A stretch of DNA of 64,000 nt. Source: Nitrosopumilus sp. GTDB taxonomy: Archaea > Thermoproteota > Nitrososphaeria > Nitrososphaerales > Nitrosopumilaceae. Below the pieces are notes generated by a model, which was not told the DNA's origin, searched no databases, and saw only the letters and a program-made list of their open reading frames with translations. Where the stretch lies: the NCBI GenBank assembly GCA_965205215.1, contig OZ242041.1, forward strand, positions 1-64,000, given 5' to 3'. The translations under genes were made by a program, and so were the position numbers. Numbering within the stretch: the stretch's first letter is position 1; each line of letters opens with the position of its first letter. Positions 27,745-37,400 of this stretch are shown here, piece after piece.

Positions 27745-28905
27745 CTAGCGCCGCAGAAGGGGCAGTACCTCGCCGGCGAACCGCGCCGCGGCCGCTTCGG
27801 CCTCACGGGTTGACGGGATGAAATTCGGGCCGGCGATGACAAACTTCGTCACCCCGAGTTTCCGGAGCTCGGTCAGCTTGTCGGCGCAATGCTCCGGGGG
27901 TCCGGCAATCGCGTACCTGTCCATAAAATCGTCGGTGAGTGCCGCGGCCTGCTGCCCGGCCTGCCGGCCGTGCTCGTCCATGTTGTAGCGGTCGTGCAGC
28001 CTATGAAGGACCCCGGCTTGCGAGTCGTCGACCGGGCCTACCACTTCGCCGTACATTGCGGAGAAGCGGGCGAACAACCCCGCGGATGGGCGACCCAGCT
28101 CGCGGGCCGCGGCCGGATCGTCATCGCAGGCTACATTGACGCAGGCGCCAAACCTGAGGCTGTCGATGTCCCGACCGGCGCGGCGGGCCGCCTCGCGCGC
28201 GGTCTGGATGCCCCAGGCGACGCGCCTAGGGTCGGCGCCGACGGCCAGTATGATTCTGTCGGCCTGCCGGGCGGCTATGCCGATGACGCGGGGCCCTGTT
28301 GCCGTGACCTCGACCGGCACCTTCGGCTCGTCCGGTTCACCGCCGGCCCAGCAGATGGAGCTGTGCCCGGGCGCTTTCGCGAGGCTGATCCGGTCCACGG
28401 GCGGGGCCGCCTCGTCGGGGATGTTGGATTCCTCAAAACCCACCTCGCCGCCTGCCAGGTAGGTCTGGAGATGCTCAAGGTAGGCCTCAAACCACTTCAG
28501 ATGAGCCGGCGCGCGGCCAAGGTGCGCGAGTGCACTGTCGCCGCGGCCAATGCCGAGTATCATGCGGCCCCCCGAGAAGCGCTGGAGCGTAAATGCCGAG
28601 GTGGCGGTCACCGAGGCGTGGCGGGTGACGGGGTTCGTCACGTAGGTGGCGAGGCCAAGCGTGTCAGTTACGGCGGCCGCGAGCGTGAGGCATACGTAGG
28701 GGTCTCCCGTCCGGCTCTGGGAGTCCCCCAACCCGATGCCGTCCCAACCCTGCGCCTCGGCCCGCCGGGCAGAGTCTGCCATTCCCGTGGGTTCAGACAA
28801 GAGCCAAGTCCAGAATTCCGTGTCCGGCAAGTCACCGTCCCCACTGCCGGAGCCTCTCTTTTTGATGTCACTTTTTGCACCCAGTGCACCCACTATCCCC
28901 TGCAT
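27745..28905 (-). CDS. LLM-class (luciferase-like, probably F420/flavin-dependent) oxidoreductase
   Basis: AEAQGWD.....DSQ....DPYV, VTNPVTRHASVTA, SGGRMILGIGRGDS, ATGPR, IAGPPEHC. Confidence 0.88.
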   Translation of the reverse strand: MQGIVGALGAKSDIKKRGSGSGDGDLPDTEFWTWLLSEPTGMADSARRAEAQGWDGIGLGDSQSRTGDPYVCLTLAAAVTDTLGLATYVTNPVTRHASVTATSAFTLQRFSGGRMILGIGRGDSALAHLGRAPAHLKWFEAYLEHLQTYLAGGEVGFEESNIPDEAAPPVDRISLAKAPGHSSICWAGGEPDEPKVPVEVTATGPRVIGIAARQADRIILAVGADPRRVAWGIQTAREAARRAGRDIDSLRFGACVNVACDDDPAAARELGRPSAGLFARFSAMYGEVVGPVDDSQAGVLHRLHDRYNMDEHGRQAGQQAAALTDDFMDRYAIAGPPEHCADKLTELRKLGVTKFVIAGPNFIPSTREAEAAAARFAGEVLPLLRR

Positions 28906-31900
28906 ACGTACCCGGCTCCATCCAGGAATGCCTCAGGATACACCACGCTGATCATATTCCTGATCTCGCGCATGGCCTTGTCACTCGGATCGTACTTTCC
29001 GTCTTCAAGCTCCGCGAGCATCTCGTCAAAGCTGAATTTTGTGCCAAACTGGTCGCCAAACGACCTGTCGGCCTCTAGCAGGTTCACGGTGATCACGGGG
29101 CCGTTGGGGTGGCTTATGTCGATTGTGAGAAACTCTTCATCCAGCTGCCCGTCAAGAGGCGAGCTTTGCTGCATCATCTCCGAATCGGACAGCTTGGCGT
29201 TCGGGGGCATGCTGAGCAGCTCTGTAACTGTGCCGTTGACCGTAATGCTGCCCGGCAGGAAGTCGTGGACAGTCCTGAAGGCGATGTTTCCATCAGGCGT
29301 GGCCTGGCCCCTGCGCTTTTCTGGGACCTGCTCGCCAAACGCGTTGCCGTATGCTGCTGCAAACATCTCATGGTATATCGCAAGCGTCTTGGCCATGGCG
29401 GCCTCCCGGCTGTCCCCCATATCCGTGAAGGCAAGGTACGTCTCGCCGAGGTTGGCCGCCACCGTAAACATTATGACGTTTTCGCGGTTTCTGACCTCCC
29501 CGCCCTGCGCGACGATCTCGTCGCCAAAGTAATTCCCCGACGACATGTTGACAAACAGGGTACTCAGGTCCAGCTTTCCGTTCTCAATATCCGTGGCGGA
29601 TTCGGGAGTCACCGTGTCCCCCCTTCTTACGTCAAACAGGTCGTGCGCAACCAGCTGCAGCACTCCCAGATCCTGCAGCGTGATCGTGGTGGCGTGTCTG
29701 CCTGCGCCGTTGGGATCAGGGAGGCCCGGCACGTGCCGGACCGTGATGACGACTGTGTCCGTGTCAGCCAACGTGCCGTCGGACACCGTAAGGGTGAACG
29801 TGATGCCGGTGGCCGACGTGACGTTGGGCGCCGTGAATGTAGGGCTTGGGCCCGTCAGGGTAATCCGGGGGGTGCCGTCGCTTGCCCACGAGTACGACAG
29901 GGCGTCTGAATTAGGATCACTGGAACGGGAGCCGTCCAGGGTGACAGTGGCGCCCCCGCTTACGGTCTGGTCCGCACCCGCGTCTGCCGTCGGGGGCTGG
30001 TTGGCCACCGGCACGTCCCGGACCGTGATGACGACTGTGTCCGTGTCAGTCAGTGTGCCGTCAAATACCGCGAGGGTGAACGTGATGTCGGTGGTCGACG
30101 TGACGTTGGGCGCCGTGAATACCGGGCTCTGGCCCGTCAGGGTGACCCGGGGGGTGCTGCTAGCCCACGAGTACGCCAGGGCGTCTGAATCCGGATCACT
30201 GGAGCGGGAGCCGTCCAGGGTGATGCTGACGCCCTCGTTTACCGTCTGGTCGGGGCCCGCGTCGGCCACCGGCGGTTGGTTGGTGGACGGCGGTGGCTGC
30301 TGCTGCGCGTCCAGGACCGTGATGACGACTGTGTCCGTGTCAGTCAGTGTGCCGTCGGACACCGTAAGGGTGAACGTGATGCCGGTGGCCGACGTGACGT
30401 TGGGCGCCGTGAATGTAGGGCTTGGGCCCGTCAGGGTAATCCGGGGGGTGCCGTCGCTTGCCCACGAGTACGACAGGGCGTCTGAATTAGGATCACTGGA
30501 GCGGGAGCCGTCCAGCGTGACCGTGGCGCCCCCGCTTACGGTCTGGTCTGCACCCGCGTCGGCCACCGGCGGTTGGTTGGTGGGTGGCGGTGGCTGCTGC
30601 TGCGCGTCCAGGACCGTGATGACGACTGTGTCCGTGTCAGTCAGTGTGCCGTCGGACACCGTAAGGGTGAACGTGATGCCGGTGGCCGACGTGACGTTGG
30701 GCGCCGTGAATACCGGGCTCTGGCCCGTCAGGGTAATCCGGGGGGTGCTGTCGCTTGCCCACGAGTACGCCAGGGTGTCGCCGCCGTTAGGGTCAGAGGA
30801 GCGCGATCCGTCCAGTGTGACCGTGGCGCCCTCGTTTACCGTCCGGTCCGCACCCGCGTCCGCAGCCGGGGGCTGGTTGGTGGGTGGCGGCGGTGGCGGC
30901 GGTGGCGGCGGTGGCGTTGGCGGTGTTGGCGGCGTTGGCTGCTGCTGCGCGTCCAGGACCGTGATGACGACTGTGTCCGTGTCAGTCAGTGTGCCGTCGG
31001 ACACCGTAAGGGTGAACACTATGCGCTGCTGCGAGCCGACTGCCGGCGCCGTAAACGTCGGGCTTGCCGCCGTGGCGCTTGAGAGCGTCACCGTGGGTGT
31101 GCCCGACGTCTGCGCCCACGAGTACGTCAGGGCGTCTGAATTTGGATCGCTGGAGCGCGAGCCGTCCAGTGTGACCGTGGCGCCCTCGCTTACCGTCCGG
31201 TCCGCACCCGCGTCCGCGGTCGGGGGCAGGTTGGGGAGCGGTACGCCCTGGTCTGCCACCGCGATCGGGTAGACTGAGCGCAGGTCGTACTCGTTTACGT
31301 CGTTTCCGTTATTACCCAGCACGAACATCTTGGTGCCGTCGGCTGAGAACGCCACGTCCTCTGGATAGTCCTCCTGCGCCGAGACGTCAAAGTCGCGGAC
31401 GAAGGACGCCGTGGAGACGTCGAATGCGGCGGTCAGGTTGTACTCGTTTACGCCGTCACCGTCAAAACCCACCACGAACATCTTGGAGCCGTCGCCTGAG
31501 AACGCCACGCCTGATGGGGCGGCCTCCTGCGCCCTGACGGAAAAGGAGTCGACGAATGCCGCCGTGGAGACGTCAAACGGGACGGTCAGGTCGTACTCGC
31601 TTACTTCGTCCCAGGTGGTACCCACCACGAACATCCTGGTCCCGTCGCCGGAGAACGCCATGCCCCGCGGGGCGGTCTCCTGCGCCCTGATGGAAAAGGA
31701 GTCGACGAATGCCGCCGTGGAGACGTCAAATGCGGCGGACAGGGAGTACTCGTTTACGTCGTCCCCGAAGCCACCCAGAACGAACATCCTGGTCCCGTCG
31801 CCGGAGAACGCCACGCTTTGCGGAGATCTCTCCTGCCCTCCGATGCCAAAGTCGCGGACGTAGGACGCCGTGGAGACGTCAAATGCGGCGGACAGGGAGT

Positions 31901-34010
31901 ACTCGTTTACGTCGTCCCCGGAACCGTCCACCACGAACATCCTGGTCCCGTCGCCGGAGAACGCCATGCCCCGCGGGGTGGTATCCTGCGCCCTGACGGA
32001 AAAGGAGTCGACGAACGTGGCCGTGGAGACGTCGAACGTGCCGACGATTTCGTTCCCTTCGACATCTTGCACCGCCCCGGGCTCTATGGTCAGCTCCGGT
32101 ACGGTCATTGCCGCGACCGTCCCGCGGTGCGATGGAGTGAGGGTGAACGATACGGTTGCAGAGTCGGCAGAGGTGCCGAGCTCGGATGCAGTCAGCGTTA
32201 CGCCGCCCGTGTAGTTGCCCGACTCCCTCACGTGTATCTTGGCGGCATCCACGTTTGCCGCGGGCGTGACGTCTATAACCTCTGAAAAGGTGATCGTCAG
32301 CACCCCCGTGGAACTGGCAAGCCCGGCGAAGAGGAACTCCGGGGGCGGATCCACGTTGTTTACGGTGACGGTTACGGTATCGGGGGGCGAGTCGACGGTC
32401 CCGTCGCTTACCACGAGCGTGAACGTGATGTCGGTGGACGACGTGACAAACGGCGCCGCAAACACCGGGCTCTGGCCCGTCAGGGTGATCCGCGGGGTGC
32501 TGTCGCTCGTCCACGAGTACGTCAGGGTGTCGCCGGAATCGGGATCGGAGGAGCCCGAGCCGTCCAGGGTGACCGTGGAGCCCTCGTTTACCGTCCGGTC
32601 GAGGCCGGCGTCCGCAGTCGGCGGGTGGTTGTCCACCACAATCGGGTAGACGGAGCGCAGGTCGTACTCGTTTACGTTGTCTTCGGCAGTGCCCACCACG
32701 AACATCTTGGCGCCGCCGCCGGAGAATGCCACGCCTGACGGAAGGATCTCCTGCGCCGAGACGTCAAAGGCGGTGACGTGGGTCGCCGTGGAGACGTCAA
32801 ATGCGGTGGACAGGGCGTACTCGTTTACGTCCTCTCCGTCACCACCCGTCACGAACATCTTGGCGCCGTCGCCGGAGAATGCCATGCCCCATGGACGGAT
32901 CTCCTGCGCCGAGACGCCAAAGGCGTCTACGAACGTCGCCGTGGAGACGTCAAATGCGGTGGACAGGGCGTACTCGTTTACGTCGTTTCCGTCATCACCC
33001 ACCACGAACATCTTGGCGCCGTCGCCGGAGAATGCCACGTCGTGTGGAAAGGTATCCTGCCCCCCGACGGAAAAGGCGTCGACGAATGTAGCCGTGGAGG
33101 CGTCAAATGCGGTGGACAGGGTGTACTCGTTTACGTCGTCCCCGGCAGTGCCCACCACGAACATCTTGGCGCCGTCGCCGGAGAATGCCACGCCTGACGG
33201 ACTGGACTCCTGCGCCGAGACGTCAAAGGCGTCTACGAACGTCGCCGTGGAGGCGTCAAATGCGGTGGACAGTGTATACTCGTTTACGTCGGCCCCGTCA
33301 AAACCCACCACGAACATCTTGGCGCCGTCGCCGGAGAACGCCACGCCTGACGGATTGGTCTCCTGTGCCGAGACGTCGAATGCGTCGACGAATGTAGCCG
33401 TGGAGACGTCAAACGTGCCGGCGATTGCGTTCCCGTCAGTGTCTTGCACCGCCCCGGGCTCTATGGTCAGTTCCGGCGCGGCCATCCCCGCGACCGTTGT
33501 ACGGTGCGGCGTGGTGAGGGTGAAAGATATGGTGGCAGAGTCGGCAGTCGTGCCAAGCTCTGATGCAGCCAGCGTTATGCCGCCCGTGTAGCTGCCCGAC
33601 TCCCTCACGTGTATCTTGGCAGATACGACGTTTGCCGCGGGCGTGACGTCTATATCCTCTGAAAAGGTGATCGTCAGCACCCCAGTGGACGGGTCAAGCG
33701 TGGAGGATACGAACGCCGGGGGCCCCGTCTGGGCCCACGCGTAACCCGGCATGAATCCGTGTCCCGCCGGATGCGGCGCCATGTGAGGCCCAAGATCCTG
33801 CTGCATCAGCAGGTGGCCCGCAGACGCGGCTGCCAGCAGCAGCAGCACCGCCGCCAGCACGGCCGTCACCCGGAGCCCGGACGCGCCGCGGCGCCGGGCC
33901 CGCGGCGCCCTCCCCCGGGCCGCGCGCGCAGGGCCGCCTGCCGGCGCCGCGGACGCAGGGATCGCCGCGCTGGTCTGGCCGGTCCCCGGCCCGCGTCTCG
34001 CGGGCGTCAT
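28893..34010 (-). CDS. Giant secreted repeat protein C (~1705 aa): 2x Ig-like+5-blade propeller, 6 PKD-like domains, unknown ~270-aa C-terminal domain
   Basis: Leader with H-region and PGYAWA-Q; 51-aa FDVST..PxGVAFSGDG..MFV..NEY repeats; PxADAG.D.TV.EG..VTLDGS domains; ATG 34010 overlaps upstream TGA. Confidence 0.88.
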   Translation of the reverse strand: MTPARRGPGTGQTSAAIPASAAPAGGPARAARGRAPRARRRGASGLRVTAVLAAVLLLLAAASAGHLLMQQDLGPHMAPHPAGHGFMPGYAWAQTGPPAFVSSTLDPSTGVLTITFSEDIDVTPAANVVSAKIHVRESGSYTGGITLAASELGTTADSATISFTLTTPHRTTVAGMAAPELTIEPGAVQDTDGNAIAGTFDVSTATFVDAFDVSAQETNPSGVAFSGDGAKMFVVGFDGADVNEYTLSTAFDASTATFVDAFDVSAQESSPSGVAFSGDGAKMFVVGTAGDDVNEYTLSTAFDASTATFVDAFSVGGQDTFPHDVAFSGDGAKMFVVGDDGNDVNEYALSTAFDVSTATFVDAFGVSAQEIRPWGMAFSGDGAKMFVTGGDGEDVNEYALSTAFDVSTATHVTAFDVSAQEILPSGVAFSGGGAKMFVVGTAEDNVNEYDLRSVYPIVVDNHPPTADAGLDRTVNEGSTVTLDGSGSSDPDSGDTLTYSWTSDSTPRITLTGQSPVFAAPFVTSSTDITFTLVVSDGTVDSPPDTVTVTVNNVDPPPEFLFAGLASSTGVLTITFSEVIDVTPAANVDAAKIHVRESGNYTGGVTLTASELGTSADSATVSFTLTPSHRGTVAAMTVPELTIEPGAVQDVEGNEIVGTFDVSTATFVDSFSVRAQDTTPRGMAFSGDGTRMFVVDGSGDDVNEYSLSAAFDVSTASYVRDFGIGGQERSPQSVAFSGDGTRMFVLGGFGDDVNEYSLSAAFDVSTAAFVDSFSIRAQETAPRGMAFSGDGTRMFVVGTTWDEVSEYDLTVPFDVSTAAFVDSFSVRAQEAAPSGVAFSGDGSKMFVVGFDGDGVNEYNLTAAFDVSTASFVRDFDVSAQEDYPEDVAFSADGTKMFVLGNNGNDVNEYDLRSVYPIAVADQGVPLPNLPPTADAGADRTVSEGATVTLDGSRSSDPNSDALTYSWAQTSGTPTVTLSSATAASPTFTAPAVGSQQRIVFTLTVSDGTLTDTDTVVITVLDAQQQPTPPTPPTPPPPPPPPPPPTNQPPAADAGADRTVNEGATVTLDGSRSSDPNGGDTLAYSWASDSTPRITLTGQSPVFTAPNVTSATGITFTLTVSDGTLTDTDTVVITVLDAQQQPPPPTNQPPVADAGADQTVSGGATVTLDGSRSSDPNSDALSYSWASDGTPRITLTGPSPTFTAPNVTSATGITFTLTVSDGTLTDTDTVVITVLDAQQQPPPSTNQPPVADAGPDQTVNEGVSITLDGSRSSDPDSDALAYSWASSTPRVTLTGQSPVFTAPNVTSTTDITFTLAVFDGTLTDTDTVVITVRDVPVANQPPTADAGADQTVSGGATVTLDGSRSSDPNSDALSYSWASDGTPRITLTGPSPTFTAPNVTSATGITFTLTVSDGTLADTDTVVITVRHVPGLPDPNGAGRHATTITLQDLGVLQLVAHDLFDVRRGDTVTPESATDIENGKLDLSTLFVNMSSGNYFGDEIVAQGGEVRNRENVIMFTVAANLGETYLAFTDMGDSREAAMAKTLAIYHEMFAAAYGNAFGEQVPEKRRGQATPDGNIAFRTVHDFLPGSITVNGTVTELLSMPPNAKLSDSEMMQQSSPLDGQLDEEFLTIDISHPNGPVITVNLLEADRSFGDQFGTKFSFDEMLAELEDGKYDPSDKAMREIRNMISVVYPEAFLDGAGYVCRG
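30880..32345. repeat. ~1.45-kb direct repeat, copy 1 (copy 2 at ~36715-38185)
   Basis: Near-identical Ig-propeller-PKD-polyPro block in genes B and C, offset ~5842 bp. Confidence 0.85.
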
Positions 34011-34245
34011 CCCGACCACGCCCCCGCGACCCTGATGGTCGCCTCGACGCCCCAGTCTCCCGGACCGCCGCCGCCGCCGCCGCCGCCGCCGTCATACCGG
34101 GCGCGAATCTTCACCTTGTATTCCTCGTCCTCCTCCAGGCCGGTGATGGTCCGGGAGGGTTCGGCCGGGAAGGCGTTGCCGGTCAGGTCCGTCCAGGTCA
34201 GGTAGGGATCGCCGGCCTTGGCCCGGGATACCCGGTAGTCGACCG
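33410..34245. repeat. ~0.83-kb gene-junction direct repeat, copy 1 (copy 2 at ~45550-46365)
   Basis: FN3 end + ATGA overlap + leader + first Ig domain near-identical; ATG-to-ATG offset 12142 bp. Confidence 0.88.
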
Positions 34246-34465
34246 GTGCCTCGCTGGGAATGTCCCACGTTATGGTTGTGGCGCCGGGTGCGGTGCTGTT
34301 CAGGGTTATGCCGGATATTTCGCGGGGCCCCACTTGCTGCTGCTGGGATACGGGCGGGTCGTCGTCGTCGTCGTCGTCGCTGCCGCCGTCCCGTCGCCGC
34401 AGTAATAGCCGCCGCCACTGCTGTTGCTGTCGTCGGCGGGGCCGCGACGGCCGAGTGCGGATCAT
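34007..34465 (-). CDS. Stand-alone FN3 domain ORF, or frameshifted C-terminus of gene B
   Basis: PREISGITL..W..P...DYRVS.AK.GDPY..W....GNAFP...TITGLEE..EYKVK.RARY; ATGA overlaps at both ends. Confidence 0.6.
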   Translation of the reverse strand: MIRTRPSRPRRRQQQQWRRLLLRRRDGGSDDDDDDDPPVSQQQQVGPREISGITLNSTAPGATTITWDIPSEAPVDYRVSRAKAGDPYLTWTDLTGNAFPAEPSRTITGLEEDEEYKVKIRARYDGGGGGGGGGPGDWGVEATIRVAGAWSG

Positions 34466-37400
34466 CGGCAGACCCTCGGGGCGACCGGCTGTGGCGGCGT
34501 GACGGGCGGATCCGGCATGCCGCCGGGGCCGTCGTCGTCGTCGTCGCCGGCGGCAAGGGTGGTGATTATAACGGGGATCGAGTGTTCCGACGTGCCGCCG
34601 GGGCCGAGCGCCGCGACCGCGAACTCGTACGTGGTGCCGGGCGCCAACCCCCGCACCACATACGAGGTGTCAGCGGAGCCGGTGTCTGGCACCAACACGA
34701 TAAGCTCGGGCTGGACTGCCGGGATCCTGTACAGTATCACATACCCGGTTACTGGAGTGTCGCCTGTGGGGGCGTCCCAGGACAGCACCGCGGTGGAGGC
34801 GGTGACGGTGGCGTTTGCAAGGTTTGCCGGCGGGGGCGGCGTGTCCGCCTGGCGGTCGGGCAGCTGCACCCCGCGCGGGGAGCCGGGGTCGGCGGCGGGG
34901 GTGAAAGTGGCCGACACCAGTGCCCTGCTGTCCCCGGCAAAGAACGCGACTCCCACGGGCGAGTCGCTCGCGGCCGGGACTGGTATGGACGCGGCCGGGG
35001 CCGTGCCCGGGGGCGGGAGGTCAAACGGCGCGGACAGGGCGTACGAGAGCACGGTGCCGCTGCCGGCGCGGGCAGAGGCCGTCACGAGCAGGACCGTGCC
35101 GTCCGCGGATATGGCCACGTCTGATATGGAGCCGTACGAGGGCGGTATCGTGAGGGAGTCCGCGGGGGCGCCGGACGACGGGTCAAACGGGGTCTCCAGG
35201 GCGTACGAGAGTATGAAGCCGCCGCCCCTGGGCGCGGGGACGGCGGCGTACATTATGGTGCCGTTGTGGGAAAACGCCGCGCCGGCGGGGGCGGAGAACT
35301 GGCTGGAGGAGAGTACGGCGGGGTCGGAGAGGAAGGCAGTCGAGATGTCAAAGGGGGTGGAGAGCGAGTACTCGAGTATGTACGCGTGGGCGACGTCGTG
35401 GGAGGACGCCGGATGCAGTGGTACGGCGGCGGCCCGGGGGGAGGGGGAGGAGGAGGGCGGCAGGAACGCAGGCGCGATGCCGGCGGGGCCGCCATATCCG
35501 AAGAGGGCCGGGACGGGCGGCTGCATCGCGGAGGCAGAGGCGCCTGCAGACGCGCCCGTGGTGACGAACATCTTCATGCCGTCCAGCGACACCGTAATGC
35601 TGGTGGGCTGCCCGTACTCTGCCGGGATATCCACGGTGTCGTTGCGGAAGACGGCGGACGCCGGGTCGTGGGGTACGGTCAGGTCGTACGAGAGTATGGT
35701 GCCGTTGGCGGCGCCGGTGGTGGGGGCGGCAGTTATGATCAGTATGGAGCCGTTGTACGACATGGCCGCGTCCGTTATGGTGGCGTTGGGTAAGGTGACC
35801 ATGGTGACGTTCTCGGGGGCCAGTCCCGCGCCCATGGGCGTCGACGGCACGTCCCGTACCGTGATTGTGACGGTGTCAGTGGCAGTCAGCGCGCCGTCAA
35901 ATACCGCAAGGGTGAATACAATGTCCGTGCCAGACGTGACGCTGGGCGCCGTGAATACCGGGGTCGGGCCCGTCAGGGTGATCCGGGGGGTGCCGTCGCT
36001 CGTCCACAGGTATGACAAATCGTCGGAGTCCGGATCCTCGGAACCGGTGCCGTCGAGCGTGACCGTTACACCCTCGCTTACGGTCTGGTCGTCGCCGGCA
36101 TCGGCTACAGGCGGCCGGTTGGGTGGGATGTCGTTGACTGTAATGACAACCGTGTCCGTGGCAGTCAGCGCGCCGTCAGATACGGTGAGGGCGAATACAA
36201 TGTCCGTGCCAGACGTGACGCTGGGCGCCACAAACGTCGGACTTGCCGCCGTGGCGCTTGAGAGCGTCACCGCGGGGGTGCCTGCCGTCTGGGTCCACGA
36301 GTACGTCAGGGGGTCTGAGTCCGGGTCGGTGGAGCCCGAGCCGTCCAGCGTGACCGTGTCGCCCTCGTATGCGGTCTGGTCCGCGCCCGCGTCCGCAACC
36401 GGGGGCAGGTTGCCCCCCGTCACGTTTTGGACGGTGATTGTGACGGTGTCCGTGGCAGTCAGCGCGCCGTCAGATACGGTGAGGGCGAATACAATGTCCG
36501 TGTCAGACGTGACGCTGGGCGCCACAAACGTCGGGCTTGCCGCCGTGGCGCTTGAGAGCGTCACCGTGGGTGTGCCCGACGTCTGCGCCCACGAGTACGT
36601 TATAGTGTCGCCGGGGTTCGGATCACTGGAACGGGAGCCGTCCAGCGTGACCGTCACACCCTCGTTTACGGTCTGGTCCGTACCCGCGTTAGCAACCGGG
36701 GGCTGGTTGGTGGGTGGCGGCGGTGGCGGCGGTGGCGGCGGTGGCGGCGGTGGCGGCGGTGGCGGCGGTGGTGTTGGCTGCTGCTGCGCGTCCAGGACCG
36801 TGATGACGACTGTGTCCGTGTCAGTCAGTGTGCCGTCAGACACCGTAAGGGTGAACACTATGCGTTGCTGCGAGTCGACTGCCGGCGCCGTAAACGTCGG
36901 GCTTGCCGCCGTGGCGCTTGAGAGCGTCACCGTGGGTGTGCCCGACGTCTGCGCCCACGAGTACGTCAGGGTGTCGCCGGGGTTCGGATCACTGGAACGG
37001 GAGCCGTCCAGTCTGACCGTGGCGCCCTCGCTTACCGTCCGGTCCGCACCCGCGTCCGCGGTCGGGGGCAGGTTGGGGAGCGGTACGCCCCGGTCTGCCA
37101 CCGCGATCGGGTAGACGGATCTCAGGTCGTACTCGTTTACGTCGTTTCCGTTATTACCCAGCACGAACATCTTGGCGCCGTCGCCGGAGAACGCCACGTC
37201 CTCTGGATAGTCCTCCTGCGCCGAGACGTCAAAGTCGCGGACGAACGTCGCCGTGGAGACGTCGAATGCGGCGGTCAGGTTGTACTCGTTTACGGCGTCT
37301 CCGTCAAAACCCACCACGAACATCTTGGAGCCGTCGCCTGAGAACGCCACGCCTGATGGAAGGGTCTCCTGCGCCCTGACGGAAAAGGAGTCGACGAATG

